From an uncultured Enterobacteriaceae bacterium (GTDB taxonomy: Bacteria; Pseudomonadota; Gammaproteobacteria; Burkholderiales; SG8-39): DNA of 58,855 nucleotides. The number at the start of each line of letters is the position of its first letter. Position 1 is the stretch's first letter. Made by a program: the position numbers and the translations under genes. This document shows, one piece after another, positions 1 to 9,846 of this stretch. The stretch spans positions 1 to 58,855 of the forward strand of contig CAYZFN010000224.1 of the NCBI GenBank assembly GCA_964477695.1, given 5' to 3'. The notes under the pieces are model-generated. The model had not been told where the DNA came from. It was given only the letters and a program-made list of their open reading frames with translations, and made no database searches.

Positions 1-1
1 G

Positions 2-310
2 TTCCGCGAGTACGGCGCCGCGAACGCGGACACGATCCTCAGCTTCGCCTCGAACTGGGACGACATCCAGCTCGACGGCAGCGCCTTCTCGGCCGCCGGA
101 GCGGCTGGACGCTTCTCCGCGAACGATCCGCGCTTCTACGCGGCTGCTGGCGCGTCTGGCGGGCATGATTCCGACGACCGCTTGGTCTACAACACGTCGA
201 CCGGGCAGCTCTATTACGACGATGACGGCTCGGGCGCGCATGCCCCGCAGCTCGTCGCTACGTTGGATGGGGGAGCGACGCTCGCGGCGAGCGATATCAG
301 CGTGATCTAG
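2..310 (+). CDS. C-terminal part of RTX/hemolysin-type calcium-binding secreted protein (runs off window start)
   Basis: Frame from nt 2 reads ...ADTILSF...DDRLVYNTSTGQLYYDDDGSGAHAPQLVATL...SDISVI*, the typical C-terminal tail of RTX-repeat proteins. Not in the ORF track because it has no start codon. Confidence 0.7.
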   Translation, partial: FREYGAANADTILSFASNWDDIQLDGSAFSAAGAAGRFSANDPRFYAAAGASGGHDSDDRLVYNTSTGQLYYDDDGSGAHAPQLVATLDGGATLAASDISVI

Positions 311-1110
311 TCGACGCGCAGCTCGGCCGTGCCCAGGTTCTCGACCGAGAACTGGACGAGGTCGCCCGGCTTCACCGTCTTGCTGGTGATGATGCTGCCG
401 GTGATGACGACGTCGCGGAAGACGAGGCCGCGGCCTTGAGCGGCAAGGTGGTTGGCCAGCCAGGCGACCGCGTCGAGCGGATGGCCCATGGCGGCCGCGC
501 CGACGCCCTCGCCCACCGTCTCGCCGTTGATCTTCGCCACGCCGCGCAGCTTGGCGAGGTCGAGCGTCTTCCAATCGGTGATGGGAGTTCCAAGCACCGC
601 GCCTTCGCTCCAGGCGTTGTCGGCGATGAGCTCGTAGGGATGCTTGGCGAGCTCGGCGTAGTTCGCCTGGCGGTCGTCGGCGAGCTCGACGGCCGGCATC
701 GCGGCCCGTACCGAAGCGGCGATGCGGCTGCGCGAGAAGGGCGCGTCGGCCGCCGGCAGGTCGACCGCGAGCTGCACGGCGATCTCGAACTCGACGATCA
801 GGCGCACGTAGTCCGAAGCGCGCACCCGGGCGGGGCTCGGGTGCAGGGTCGACTCGAGCAGCACGCCTGCCTGCGGCGCGTCGACGCCCACGAAGCGCTG
901 CATGTCCTTGGAGGCCAGCGCGATCTTGTAGCCGGCGATCGCCCCCAGGGCATGCGCGCGCAGGGCGACGAACGCATCCTGGATGGCGTAGGCGTCGTCG
1001 GGGGTGCGCGGGGCGAGGTCCGCGGGAAGCGGCGCGAAGGGCTCGCGCGCCTGGTGCGCCTGGAGAAGCCGGCTCGCCGCCTGATGGATGGCCAGCGTCA
1101 CGCGGCCCAT
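307..1110 (-). CDS. 2-keto-4-pentenoate hydratase-like protein (fumarylacetoacetate hydrolase family)
   Basis: YAIQD, GYKIAL, EFEIAV, ADNA, GHPLDAVAWLANHL, DVVITGS motifs. Start moved to ATG 1110 (MGRVTL). Confidence 0.85.
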   Translation of the reverse strand: MGRVTLAIHQAASRLLQAHQAREPFAPLPADLAPRTPDDAYAIQDAFVALRAHALGAIAGYKIALASKDMQRFVGVDAPQAGVLLESTLHPSPARVRASDYVRLIVEFEIAVQLAVDLPAADAPFSRSRIAASVRAAMPAVELADDRQANYAELAKHPYELIADNAWSEGAVLGTPITDWKTLDLAKLRGVAKINGETVGEGVGAAAMGHPLDAVAWLANHLAAQGRGLVFRDVVITGSIITSKTVKPGDLVQFSVENLGTAELRVD

Positions 1111-1182
1111 TCTAGGACCGTCCGAAGGAACTAGGCGGCGCGAGATCAAAGATGCTGCAGTGCGCTTACCTTCCCGGATGCC

Positions 1183-3105
1183 ATGTGCGGTATCGCCGGA
1201 TACTTCGCCCTCGAGCCGCGCCGCCTGCCCGGCCGGGAGGTGCTCGAGCGCATGGTCGATGCGGTGCGCCACCGCGGCCCGGACGATTCCGGCGTCTACC
1301 TGGACGCCCGCGCCGGCCTCGGCCACCGGCGCCTGTCGATCATCGACCTCTCGGGCGGCCACCAGCCCCTCGCCAGCCGCGACCGGACGCTATGGGTGAC
1401 GTTCAACGGCGAGATCTTCAACTATGTCGAGCTCGGCGAGGCGCTGGCGAAGCGCGGCCACGCGTTCCGCACGAAGAGCGATACCGAAGTGATCCTGCAC
1501 GCGTACGCCGAGCACGGGCCGTCGTGCGTCGAGCACTTCAACGGCGACTTCGCCTACGCCCTCTGGGACCGCCAGCGCGAGCGGCTGGTGCTCGCCCGCG
1601 ACCGCATGGGCGTGCGGCCGCTCTACTACACGCAGAAGGACGGCGTCCTGGTCTTCGCCTCCGAGATCAAGGCCCTCCTCGCCTACCCCGGCCTGCGCGC
1701 CGAGCTCGATCCGCTCGCGCTCGACCAGTGCTTCACGTTCTGGGCGCCGCTCGCGCCGCGCACCGCGTTCAAGGACATCCTCGAGCTGCCGCCCGGGCAC
1801 CAGCTCATCGCACAAAACGGCAGCGTGCGCGTGCAACCGTACTGGCGCCTGAGCTTTCCCAAGCACGATGGACGGGCGAATGAAGCCGAGGCGATGGAGG
1901 AGGTGGAGGCGTTGCTCGACGATGCGACGCGCATCCGCCTGCGCGCCGACGTGCCGGTGGGCGCCTATCTCTCCGGCGGCTTCGATTCGTCGGTCACAAC
2001 GGCGCTCGCACGGCGGCACAACGGCGCAAAGCTGCGCACCTTCTCGCTCGAATTCGAGTCGCCCGAGCTGAACGAGGCGCCCTGGCAGCGCACGCTGGTG
2101 CAGGCGCTGCGCACCGAGCATTCGGCGCTGCATTGCAAGGGCGCCGACATCGCCGAGCACTTTCCCGAGGTCATCCGCCATACCGAGCGGCCGGTCGTGC
2201 GCTCGGCGCCCGCCGCACTCTATCTCCTCGCGCGCCAGGTGCGCGACCACGGCTTCAAGGTGGTCCTGACCGGCGAAGGCGCCGACGAGGTCTTCGGCGG
2301 CTACGACATCTTCAAGGAAGCGAAGGTGCGGCGCTTCTGGGCGCGCCAGCCGCGCTCGAAGTGGCGGCCCCTGCTCCTGCGCCGGCTCTATCCGTACCTG
2401 GGCGGCCTGCAATCGCAGCCGCCGGGGTACCTGGAGGCGTTCTTCCGCATCGGCCTCGATCGCGCCGACGACCCGCTCTTCTCGCACCTGCCGCGCTTCG
2501 TGCTCACGCGGCGCATCGGCCAGTTCTATTCCGGCGAGCTGCGGCGCGCGATCAACGGCTACGAGCCGCTGGAAGAGCTGCGTTCGAGCCTGCCGGCCGA
2601 GTTCGGCTCGTGGCATCCGCTCGAGCGGGCGCAATACCTGGAGACGGCCTGCCTCCTGCCCGGCTACATCCTCTCCTCGCAGGGCGACCGCGTGGCCATG
2701 GCGCACGCCGTCGAAGGCCGCTTCCCGTTCCTCGACCACCGCGTGGTCGAGCTCGGCGCGCGCCTCGCGCCGAGCCTCAAGCTCAAGGGGCTGCGCGAGA
2801 AGCACGTGCTGCGCCGTGCGCTGGGTCGCTACCTGCCCGGCGAGATCGCCGAGCGGCCCAAGCAACCCTACCGCGCGCCCGACAGCGAGAGCTTCCTGCA
2901 CGCCGGCGCGCCGGACTACGTGCGCGCCCTGCTCTCGCCCGAGGCCATCGCCCGGGCGGGCTATTTCGAGCCGCGCGCCGTGGGCCACTTGGTGGCCAAG
3001 TGCACCCGGCCGCACGGCGCCGTGTCTGCGGGCGACAACATGGCCTTCATGGCGCTCCTCTCGACCCAGCTCCTGCATTCGCACTTCATCGCCGCTCTGC
3101 TCTGA
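1183..3105 (+). CDS. asnB: Asparagine synthase (glutamine-hydrolysing)-like amidotransferase
   Basis: N-terminal MCGIAG Ntn cysteine, HRGPD, FNGEIFNY, LSGGFDSS, LTGEGADEVFGGY, RFPFLDHRVVE. Confidence 0.92.
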   Translation: MCGIAGYFALEPRRLPGREVLERMVDAVRHRGPDDSGVYLDARAGLGHRRLSIIDLSGGHQPLASRDRTLWVTFNGEIFNYVELGEALAKRGHAFRTKSDTEVILHAYAEHGPSCVEHFNGDFAYALWDRQRERLVLARDRMGVRPLYYTQKDGVLVFASEIKALLAYPGLRAELDPLALDQCFTFWAPLAPRTAFKDILELPPGHQLIAQNGSVRVQPYWRLSFPKHDGRANEAEAMEEVEALLDDATRIRLRADVPVGAYLSGGFDSSVTTALARRHNGAKLRTFSLEFESPELNEAPWQRTLVQALRTEHSALHCKGADIAEHFPEVIRHTERPVVRSAPAALYLLARQVRDHGFKVVLTGEGADEVFGGYDIFKEAKVRRFWARQPRSKWRPLLLRRLYPYLGGLQSQPPGYLEAFFRIGLDRADDPLFSHLPRFVLTRRIGQFYSGELRRAINGYEPLEELRSSLPAEFGSWHPLERAQYLETACLLPGYILSSQGDRVAMAHAVEGRFPFLDHRVVELGARLAPSLKLKGLREKHVLRRALGRYLPGEIAERPKQPYRAPDSESFLHAGAPDYVRALLSPEAIARAGYFEPRAVGHLVAKCTRPHGAVSAGDNMAFMALLSTQLLHSHFIAALL

Positions 3106-3191
3106 AAGTACTCTGAAAGGCGCTGCGCGACGTGAATCCGGTGTCACGAAGCTCCGCTATCGTTTCCTTCGCTTCGTAACTCCGATCGCTC

Positions 3192-3467
3192 ATGACCCAC
3201 GACATCAGCCTGGCCGTACGCCGTTTCATCGCCGAGAACTTCCTGTTTCGCGACGAGGCCGACGCGATCGCGCACGACGCGTCGCTGCTCGACGCAGGCA
3301 TCATCGACTCCACGGGCGTGCTCGAGCTCGTGTGCTTTCTCGAAACCACGTTCGGCATCCAGGTCGCCGACGAGGACATGCTGCCGGACAACCTCGACTC
3401 GATCCGGGCCATCAGCAACTACGTCAGCCGCAAGCTGAGCGAGCGCCGCATCGAGCTCGTCGCCTGA
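3192..3467 (+). CDS. Stand-alone acyl carrier protein
   Basis: Acidic 91-aa protein with GIIDSTGVLELV phosphopantetheine-serine motif. Confidence 0.9.
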   Translation: MTHDISLAVRRFIAENFLFRDEADAIAHDASLLDAGIIDSTGVLELVCFLETTFGIQVADEDMLPDNLDSIRAISNYVSRKLSERRIELVA

Positions 3468-3473
3468 GGCGCC

Positions 3474-4967
3474 GTGCGCGTCGAACGGTTCCTGTGGAAC
3501 GCGGCGCAACGCTTCCCCGATAAGGCGGCGATCGTCTCGGGCGATGCGCGCCTCACTTACGCCGAGCTGGCGAGCCGCGCCGCCGGCCTGGCGCGCGAGC
3601 TCAAGCGGCTCGGCCTGCGCCGCGGCGAGCGCGTGGTCATCTTGCTGCAGAACTCGCCCGAGGCGGTGATCAGCGTCTTCGGCACGCTCGCCGCCGGCGG
3701 CGTTTTCAGCTTGATCAACCCGAGCACCAAGGCGGAAAAGCTCGCCTACATCCTGAACAACGCGCGCGCTTCGGCGATCATCACCGAGCCGCGCCTTGCC
3801 GCCGTGGCGAACGAGGCGGCCTCGCGCGCGCCCTCCGTCACGATGCAGCTCGTGACGCCGCTCGAGCTCGAAGATGGCGCAAGGCCGGAAGGCGGCATCG
3901 ATCTCGACCTGGCGATGATCATCTACACCTCGGGCTCGACCGGCTTCCCGAAGGGCGTGATGATGACGCACGCCAACATCGTCGCGGCCGCCACCTCGAT
4001 CACGACCTATCTCGAGAGCCGCGCCGACGACGTCGTGCTCTCGGTGCTGCCGATGGCGTTCGACTACGGCCTGTACCAGGCGCTCATGTGCGCCAAGCTC
4101 GGCGCCACGCTGGTGCTGGAGAAATCCTTCACCTACCCCGCCGTGGTGCTCGAGCGCCTGCGCGCGGAAAAGGTGACCGGCTTCCCGCTCGTGCCGACCC
4201 TCGCCGCGATGCTCCTGCAGATGAAGCAGCTACAGCCCGGCATGTTCCCGGACCTGCGCTACCTTACCAACACCGCCGCGGCGCTGCCGCCGGCGCACAT
4301 CCTGCGCCTGAGCGAGCTGTTCCCGCAGGCCAGGCTCTACTCCATGTACGGCGTCACGGAGTGCAAGCGCTGCACGTACCTGCCGCCCGAGCAGCTGGCG
4401 ACGCGGCCGGCCTCGGTGGGCAGGCCGATTCCCGGCAGCGAAGCCTGGATCGTCGACGAAGCGGGCGAGCGCGTGCCGCCCGGCACCGTGGGCGAGCTGG
4501 TCATCCGCGGCGCGCACGTGATGAAGGGCTACTGGGAGAACGAAGAGGCGACGCGTCACGCGCTGCGTGCCGGCCCGTACCCCTGGGAAAACGTGCTGCA
4601 CACCGGCGACCTGTTCCGCGCCGACGAGGAGGGCTACCTCTACTTCGTCGCGCGCAAGGACGACATCATCAAGACGCGCGGCGAGAAAGTGAGCCCGCGC
4701 GAGGTGGAGAACTGCCTCTACGAGCTGGCCGGGGTGCGCGAGGCGGCGGTGATCGGCGTTCCCGACCCGCTGCTCGGCAATGCCGTCAAGGCGGTGCTGG
4801 CGGTCGATCCCGAAAGCGGCCTGAACGAGCGCGAGGTGATCCGCCATTGCGCCGCGCGCCTGGAGGATTTCATGGTACCGAAGCACGTCGAGTTCCGCGG
4901 CGAGCTGCCGAAGAGCGAGAACGGCAAGATCGCGCGCCGCCAGATTGCCGAGGAGGCTTTGACATGA
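3474..4967 (+). CDS. AMP-forming acyl-CoA/acyl-ACP ligase (class I adenylate-forming enzyme)
   Basis: IIYTSGSTGFPKG, YGVTE, LHTGDL, RKDDIIK, PKSENGK motifs. Confidence 0.9.
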   Translation: MRVERFLWNAAQRFPDKAAIVSGDARLTYAELASRAAGLARELKRLGLRRGERVVILLQNSPEAVISVFGTLAAGGVFSLINPSTKAEKLAYILNNARASAIITEPRLAAVANEAASRAPSVTMQLVTPLELEDGARPEGGIDLDLAMIIYTSGSTGFPKGVMMTHANIVAAATSITTYLESRADDVVLSVLPMAFDYGLYQALMCAKLGATLVLEKSFTYPAVVLERLRAEKVTGFPLVPTLAAMLLQMKQLQPGMFPDLRYLTNTAAALPPAHILRLSELFPQARLYSMYGVTECKRCTYLPPEQLATRPASVGRPIPGSEAWIVDEAGERVPPGTVGELVIRGAHVMKGYWENEEATRHALRAGPYPWENVLHTGDLFRADEEGYLYFVARKDDIIKTRGEKVSPREVENCLYELAGVREAAVIGVPDPLLGNAVKAVLAVDPESGLNEREVIRHCAARLEDFMVPKHVEFRGELPKSENGKIARRQIAEEALT

Positions 4968-5956
4968 GCGCCCCGGTGCAAGCGGCCTTCGACGCGGCGG
5001 CGCTCGCCATCGATCCGGCGCTCGAGGCCGAGCGCATCTGCGCCTCGTTGCGCGGCCAGGTGCTGAAGCAGCTGCGCCGGCGCGGCGTCGTGCTCGGCCT
5101 CTCGGGCGGCGTCGATTCGAGCGTCGTCGCGGCGCTCTGCGTGCGCGCCTTCGGCGCCTCCGCGGTGTTCGGCGTGCTGATGCCGGAGCAGGACTCCGAC
5201 CCCGACAGCCTGCGCCTGGGCCGCACCGTGGCGAGCTGGCTCGGCGTCGACCTCGCGCTCGAGGACATCACGCCGATGCTGGTCGCGGCCGGGTGCTACC
5301 GGCGGCGCGACGACTTCATCCGCCGCGTGTTCCCCGAATACGGGCCGGGCTGGCGCTCGAAGATCGTGCTGCGCAAGGCCAACGGCACCGCCGGCTACAA
5401 CGTCTTCCATCTCGTCGTGCGCGGCCCGCACGGCGAGCAGAAGGAAGCGCGCATGCCGCCCGAGGTCTACCTCGGCGTGGTGGCGACGACCAACATGAAG
5501 CAGCGCACGCGCAAGCAGCTCGAGTACTACCACGCCGACCGGCTGAACTACGCCGTGGCCGGCACGCCGAACCGCCTCGAGTACGACCAGGGCTTCTTCG
5601 TCAAGAACGGCGACGGCGCGGCCGACGTGAAGCCGATCGCGCATCTTTACAAGTCGCAGGTGTACCAGCTCGCCGCCCACCTCGGCGTGCCCCAGGAGAT
5701 CCGCACCCGCCCGCCGACCACCGACACCTATTCGCTGTCGCAGACCCAGGAAGAGTTCTTCTTCGGCATCCCCCTGCGCACGCTGGATGCGTGCATGTAC
5801 GCGCTCGACCACCACATCCCGCCCGAGACCGTCGCCCCCGTGGTCGGACTTTCCCCCGAGCAGGTGAACGAGGTTTATCGCGACATTGCCGGGCGGCGGC
5901 GCACGACGCGTTATCAGCACGAGGCACCGCTCCTCGTCGATGCGCGCGGCAGCTAA
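4964..5956 (+). CDS. nadE: NH3-dependent NAD(+) synthetase-like (NadE family) amidoligase
   Basis: PP-loop GLSGGVDSS, NMKQRTR, GTPNRLEYDQGFFVKNGDG, PIAHLYKSQVY. ATG at 4964 overlaps the ligase stop (ATGA). Confidence 0.8.
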   Translation: MSAPVQAAFDAAALAIDPALEAERICASLRGQVLKQLRRRGVVLGLSGGVDSSVVAALCVRAFGASAVFGVLMPEQDSDPDSLRLGRTVASWLGVDLALEDITPMLVAAGCYRRRDDFIRRVFPEYGPGWRSKIVLRKANGTAGYNVFHLVVRGPHGEQKEARMPPEVYLGVVATTNMKQRTRKQLEYYHADRLNYAVAGTPNRLEYDQGFFVKNGDGAADVKPIAHLYKSQVYQLAAHLGVPQEIRTRPPTTDTYSLSQTQEEFFFGIPLRTLDACMYALDHHIPPETVAPVVGLSPEQVNEVYRDIAGRRRTTRYQHEAPLLVDARGS

Positions 5957-6629
5957 GGAAAAAGCGCGCACGGTGTGGGCGCAGGTGGGCGATGCGCCGA
6001 GCCTTGAGCTGCACCATACGTCGTGGTGGCGCCACATCCGCCGCGACTACCGCCGCTACGCGATGACCGGCGACGCGCCGCTGCGCACGGTCTTCCTGTC
6101 CCAGGGCTTCTGGGCGAGCTGCATCTACCGGCTATGCCGCGCCATGCTGCACGGGGCGCGGCCGCGCTTCCTGCGCATCGGGCTGCGCCCGCTCGCCGCG
6201 ATGCTGCAGACGCTGGCCGAGATCGTGACCGGGATCTCCCTTCCTGCGGACTGCGAGATCGGCGAGGGGCTGTACATCGGGCACTTCGGCGGTATCGTGC
6301 TCTGCGGCGCCGTGCGCATTGGGCACAACTGCAACATCGCGCAGAATGTCACGCTCGGCACCCTCGGCAACGGCAAGGGAGGCGCGCCGACGATCGGCAA
6401 CCGCGTGTTCATCGGCGCGCATTCCGTGCTGGTCGGCGATGTCACCGTGGGCGACGACGCGATGATCTGCGCGGGGTCGGTGGTGAACCGCCCGGTGCCG
6501 GCGCGTGCCGTCGTGCTCGGCAACCCGGCGCGCGTCATCTCGTACGACGGCAGCTTCGACTACGTGCTCTACGACGGCATGGACGTCGACCCGGCGCGCC
6601 GCGCGTCCCTCGATGCGCGCCGGCTCTAG
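5940..6629 (+). CDS. Serine O-acetyltransferase-like (CysE/LacA hexapeptide) acyltransferase
   Basis: TGISLPADCEIGEGLYIGHFGGIV, QNVTLG, PTIGNRVFIGA, IGDD-like hexapeptide repeats, VLGNPARVI. Confidence 0.85.
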   Translation: MRAAAKEKARTVWAQVGDAPSLELHHTSWWRHIRRDYRRYAMTGDAPLRTVFLSQGFWASCIYRLCRAMLHGARPRFLRIGLRPLAAMLQTLAEIVTGISLPADCEIGEGLYIGHFGGIVLCGAVRIGHNCNIAQNVTLGTLGNGKGGAPTIGNRVFIGAHSVLVGDVTVGDDAMICAGSVVNRPVPARAVVLGNPARVISYDGSFDYVLYDGMDVDPARRASLDARRL

Positions 6630-6829
6630 AGGGTCAGCGCCCAGCCGACCAGGCCGAGCAGGAGCAGCAGGCCGATCACCGCCGCGGTGATCTCCTGGCG
6701 CAGCCGGCGGTCCTCGGCATCGGTCGGAGAGCGCGCGAAGCGGCGATAGGCCGCCGCGGCGTTCTGGCTACCGAGCCGGTCGACCGTCGCGAGGATGCGT
6801 CCGAGCTTGAACATGGCGCGCAGGCTCAC
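6626..6829 (-). CDS. Small membrane protein (one C-terminal transmembrane helix)
   Basis: GTG start overlaps the upstream kinase stop (GTGA). Ends ITAAVIGLLLLLGLVGWALTL. Confidence 0.5.
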   Translation of the reverse strand: MSLRAMFKLGRILATVDRLGSQNAAAAYRRFARSPTDAEDRRLRQEITAAVIGLLLLLGLVGWALTL

Positions 6830-7941
6830 GCGACTCCTCGGTCGGGCAGCGTCAGGCGGAAGGTCGCGCCCTTGCCCGGCGCCGACTCGGCGATGATCCG
6901 CCCGCCGTGGCGGCGCACGATGCGTTGCACGATCGCCAGGCCGATGCCGTGCCCCTCGAAGTCCGCCGCCGAGGCGAGGCGCTGGAAGGCATTGAACAGG
7001 CGCGCGGCATCGCGCATGTCGAAGCCCACGCCGTTGTCGCGCACGGTGTACTCGACCCCTTCGCCGCGCCGCTCGCCGCTGATCTCGACCAGCGGCGCCG
7101 CGCTGTGGCGCGAGTACTTGAGCGCGTTTTCGATGAGATTGGTCCACACCTGCCGCAGCAGCACGGGGTCGCCGTGCGCCTTGGGCAGGTTGCCGACCTT
7201 CACCGCCCCGCCCGCCGGCACGGCGAGCGAGAGCTCGGCGAGCACGTCGGCCACCTGGTGCGCGACGTCGACTTCGGCGAGCCGCAAGGCGCCGCGGCCG
7301 CTCTCGGCGAGGCGGCGCAGCGACTCGATGATCTGGTTCATGCGCGCCGCGTTGGCGTCGATCTCGCGCGCGCAGGTCTGCGCGAGGCTATCCATCGTGT
7401 CGACCTGCTCGAGCAGCAGGTCGGCGAAGCCGGCGATCGCGGCGATCGGCTGGCGCAGATCGTGGGAAAGCGAATAGTTGTAGCTCTCGAGCTCGCGGTT
7501 GGCCTCCTCGAGCTCGCGCAGGGTGCGCTCGGCTTCCTTGTGGCGGGTGACGTCCACCCAGGTGCACACCCGATAGCGCTCGCCATCGAGGGATACCGCG
7601 CGCGCCGACACCAGCACGTCCACGCGCCGCCCGTCACCCCGCTCGATGCGCGCCGGGTGGCTTTCGCCGTCCGCGCCGTTCTCGGGCAGCCCGAATTCCG
7701 CGGCCGGGCGGCCGAGCACCTCGGCGCTGCGCCGGCCGATCAGCCGCTCCCAGCTCGGATTGACTTCGATCAACGCGCCGCGCGCATCGCTCAGCGCGGT
7801 TGCGGCGCCGCTCGCCTCGAAGAGCAGCGCGTATTTGCCGCGCTGCACGTGCGCGGGCCGCCACAGCGCCTGCAGGCGCAGCACGGCGCGCCGCAGCAGC
7901 GTGGGAATCATCGGCACCGCGCCAGGGGTGAGGACCAGCAC
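6826..7941 (-). CDS. PAS-domain sensor histidine kinase
   Basis: PAS region, H-box SHDLRQP, N-box NLIENALKYS, G1 DNGVGFD, F-box FNAFQRL, G2 GHGIGLAIV. Confidence 0.92.
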   Translation of the reverse strand: MLVLTPGAVPMIPTLLRRAVLRLQALWRPAHVQRGKYALLFEASGAATALSDARGALIEVNPSWERLIGRRSAEVLGRPAAEFGLPENGADGESHPARIERGDGRRVDVLVSARAVSLDGERYRVCTWVDVTRHKEAERTLRELEEANRELESYNYSLSHDLRQPIAAIAGFADLLLEQVDTMDSLAQTCAREIDANAARMNQIIESLRRLAESGRGALRLAEVDVAHQVADVLAELSLAVPAGGAVKVGNLPKAHGDPVLLRQVWTNLIENALKYSRHSAAPLVEISGERRGEGVEYTVRDNGVGFDMRDAARLFNAFQRLASAADFEGHGIGLAIVQRIVRRHGGRIIAESAPGKGATFRLTLPDRGVA

Positions 7942-8057
7942 GGGCTCAACGATAGGGTGAGCATCATCGCTTTAGTTCGATCGTCTGCAAGGCTTTGTCA
8001 TCGACTGTCAACGCACGGGCGGCAAAGCGTGCATTTTGCCTCGTCGCGGACAGCGTC

Positions 8058-8417
8058 CTACTTGCCAGCGAAATGGCGCTCCATGCGGCTATGGCTCGCG
8101 TCCAGGACCCGCAGGGCCTGGTTGATGCGCGCCTCGAGCGCCGCGCAATCGGCCTCGCCTGCGCTGCGCTCGAGCGCACTGCATTCGCCCGACAGGCGCT
8201 CGGCGCCCATCGAGCCGCTGCTGCCCTTCAGGCGATGCGCCTCGCGTGCCAGGCGCCCCCGGTCGCCCTCGCGCGCGCAGCCGCGCATGCGCTCGAGCGC
8301 AGCGCGCGCTTCGCGGGTGAACGACTCGAGCAGGCCGGCCATGAAGCGCTTGCCGGAGCGCGCCTCGACCGCGAGCAGCTCGTCGAGGGTCTGCAGGTTG
8401 AGCAATTCTTCAGGCAT
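8058..8417 (-). CDS. Stand-alone Hpt phosphotransfer protein
   Basis: LAREAHRLKGSSGSMGAERLSGEC Hpt signature. Confidence 0.9.
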   Translation of the reverse strand: MPEELLNLQTLDELLAVEARSGKRFMAGLLESFTREARAALERMRGCAREGDRGRLAREAHRLKGSSGSMGAERLSGECSALERSAGEADCAALEARINQALRVLDASHSRMERHFAGK

Positions 8418-9411
8418 CGACGTCTTCCTCGAGGCAGGGCAGCTCGACCACGATGCGAGTGCCCTTATGCGGGCGCTGCTCCAGCGACAGCGTGCCGTCG
8501 CAACGCTTGATGATCGCCTGCGCGACGAGCAGGCCGAGGTCGCCGCCCAGCGCGGCGTGCGGGCCGTCGTCGGCGACGGTTACGGCCGCGCGGCGCCCGC
8601 GCACGGCAAGAGCCACGCGTACTGTGCTTCCGGCCGGCGAGCGGTCGATCGCCCCGGCGATGAGCTGGGCGATCGCCTGGCGCAACCGCTTCGCGTCGGC
8701 CTTGACGCGCGCGCGCGCCGTGGCGCTCGCTACCTCGAGCCGCACGCCTGCCTCGCCGCTCGGCGCCAACTCGGCGAGCAGCCCTGCGAGGAGCGGCTCG
8801 AGCTCAAGCGGCGTGGCGCAAAGCAGCGTCCCATCGGCTTGCAGCCGCTCCATGTCGAGCCACTGCTCCACGACCGCGGCGAGGCGGCCCGCGTTCTCGA
8901 GCGCGAGCGCGACCAGCGACTCGGGCGTGCCGGCGGCGCCGGCGAGCGTCTCTTCCTTCAGCAGCTCGAGTGCCGCGATGATCGAGGCGAGGGGCGTGCG
9001 GAGCGCGTGGTTCGCCGCGGCAAGGCGCTCCCGCTCGCCGACGGTGGCCGCGAAACCCGCCTGGCCGTCCGACGTGCTCAGCACGTAGCCGACGCTTTGG
9101 CCGGCCGGATCGCGGTCGGCTACCGCGGTGACCTGGACGAATTTCCTGCTGCCGTCCTTGTGCCGCAGGACGTACTGACGCGGCCCGGTCCCGCCCTGCT
9201 CGGCTTCCGCGACGTGGCGCGGAACGACGCGCATCGTCGCCGTGTCGACCAGCTCGGCGATATCGCAGCCATGCAGGGTATCGGGCGCATGGCCGAGCAA
9301 TTCGTGGCAACGGCGGTTCGCGAAGCGCACGCGCAGGCTCTTGTCGACGTAGACCAGCGTCGCGCCGGCCTGCTGCGCGATGCGGCGGATCGTGTCGTCC
9401 TTAACGGCCAT
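8410..9411 (-). CDS. PAS + HisKA protein with degenerate ATP-binding domain (pseudo-histidine kinase)
   Basis: PAS/PAC and H-box NHALRTPL are present. N-box reads QLIAGAIDRS (no Asn), and DDGPHAALGGDLGL lacks the F-box/ATP lid. Confidence 0.75.
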   Translation of the reverse strand: MAVKDDTIRRIAQQAGATLVYVDKSLRVRFANRRCHELLGHAPDTLHGCDIAELVDTATMRVVPRHVAEAEQGGTGPRQYVLRHKDGSRKFVQVTAVADRDPAGQSVGYVLSTSDGQAGFAATVGERERLAAANHALRTPLASIIAALELLKEETLAGAAGTPESLVALALENAGRLAAVVEQWLDMERLQADGTLLCATPLELEPLLAGLLAELAPSGEAGVRLEVASATARARVKADAKRLRQAIAQLIAGAIDRSPAGSTVRVALAVRGRRAAVTVADDGPHAALGGDLGLLVAQAIIKRCDGTLSLEQRPHKGTRIVVELPCLEEDVDA

Positions 9412-9796
9412 GGCCGCGGCTCCCGAGCACGCGATCGATGGTCTGGACGAGCGCGCGCGGCCGGAACGGCTTGATCAGGACCTCGCTCACGCCGAGGGTT
9501 TCGCGCTCCTCGCCGAGCTCCATCTCGGCGGCGGCGGTGAGAAATACGACCGGCACGTCGCGCAGCTCGGCGGTGGCGCGCATGGCGCGCAGGACCGCCA
9601 CGCCGTTCATGCCCGGCAGGTCGACGTCGAGCAGCACGAGGTGCGGCGCCGCTTCGCGGGCCGCGTCGAGCGCCCGCGCCCCATCGGCGACCGTCTGCAC
9701 CGCATAGCCGCCGATCTGCTCCAGGACGACGCGCACCAGCCGCTGCAGGCTGGCGTCGTCCTCCACGTGCAGTATCTTTCGGCGGGGCTCGCTCAT
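9401..9796 (-). CDS. Single-domain response regulator (REC)
   Basis: ILHVEDD, VLLDVDLPGMNG, FLTA, LIKPF. Start at ATG 9796 (MSEPRRK). Confidence 0.9.
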   Translation of the reverse strand: MSEPRRKILHVEDDASLQRLVRVVLEQIGGYAVQTVADGARALDAAREAAPHLVLLDVDLPGMNGVAVLRAMRATAELRDVPVVFLTAAAEMELGEERETLGVSEVLIKPFRPRALVQTIDRVLGSRGHGR

Positions 9797-9846
9797 CGCG
9801 CTCTGCGCAAGGGGCCTGCGCTCGGTAGAATGCTTTCCCGGAGGCG

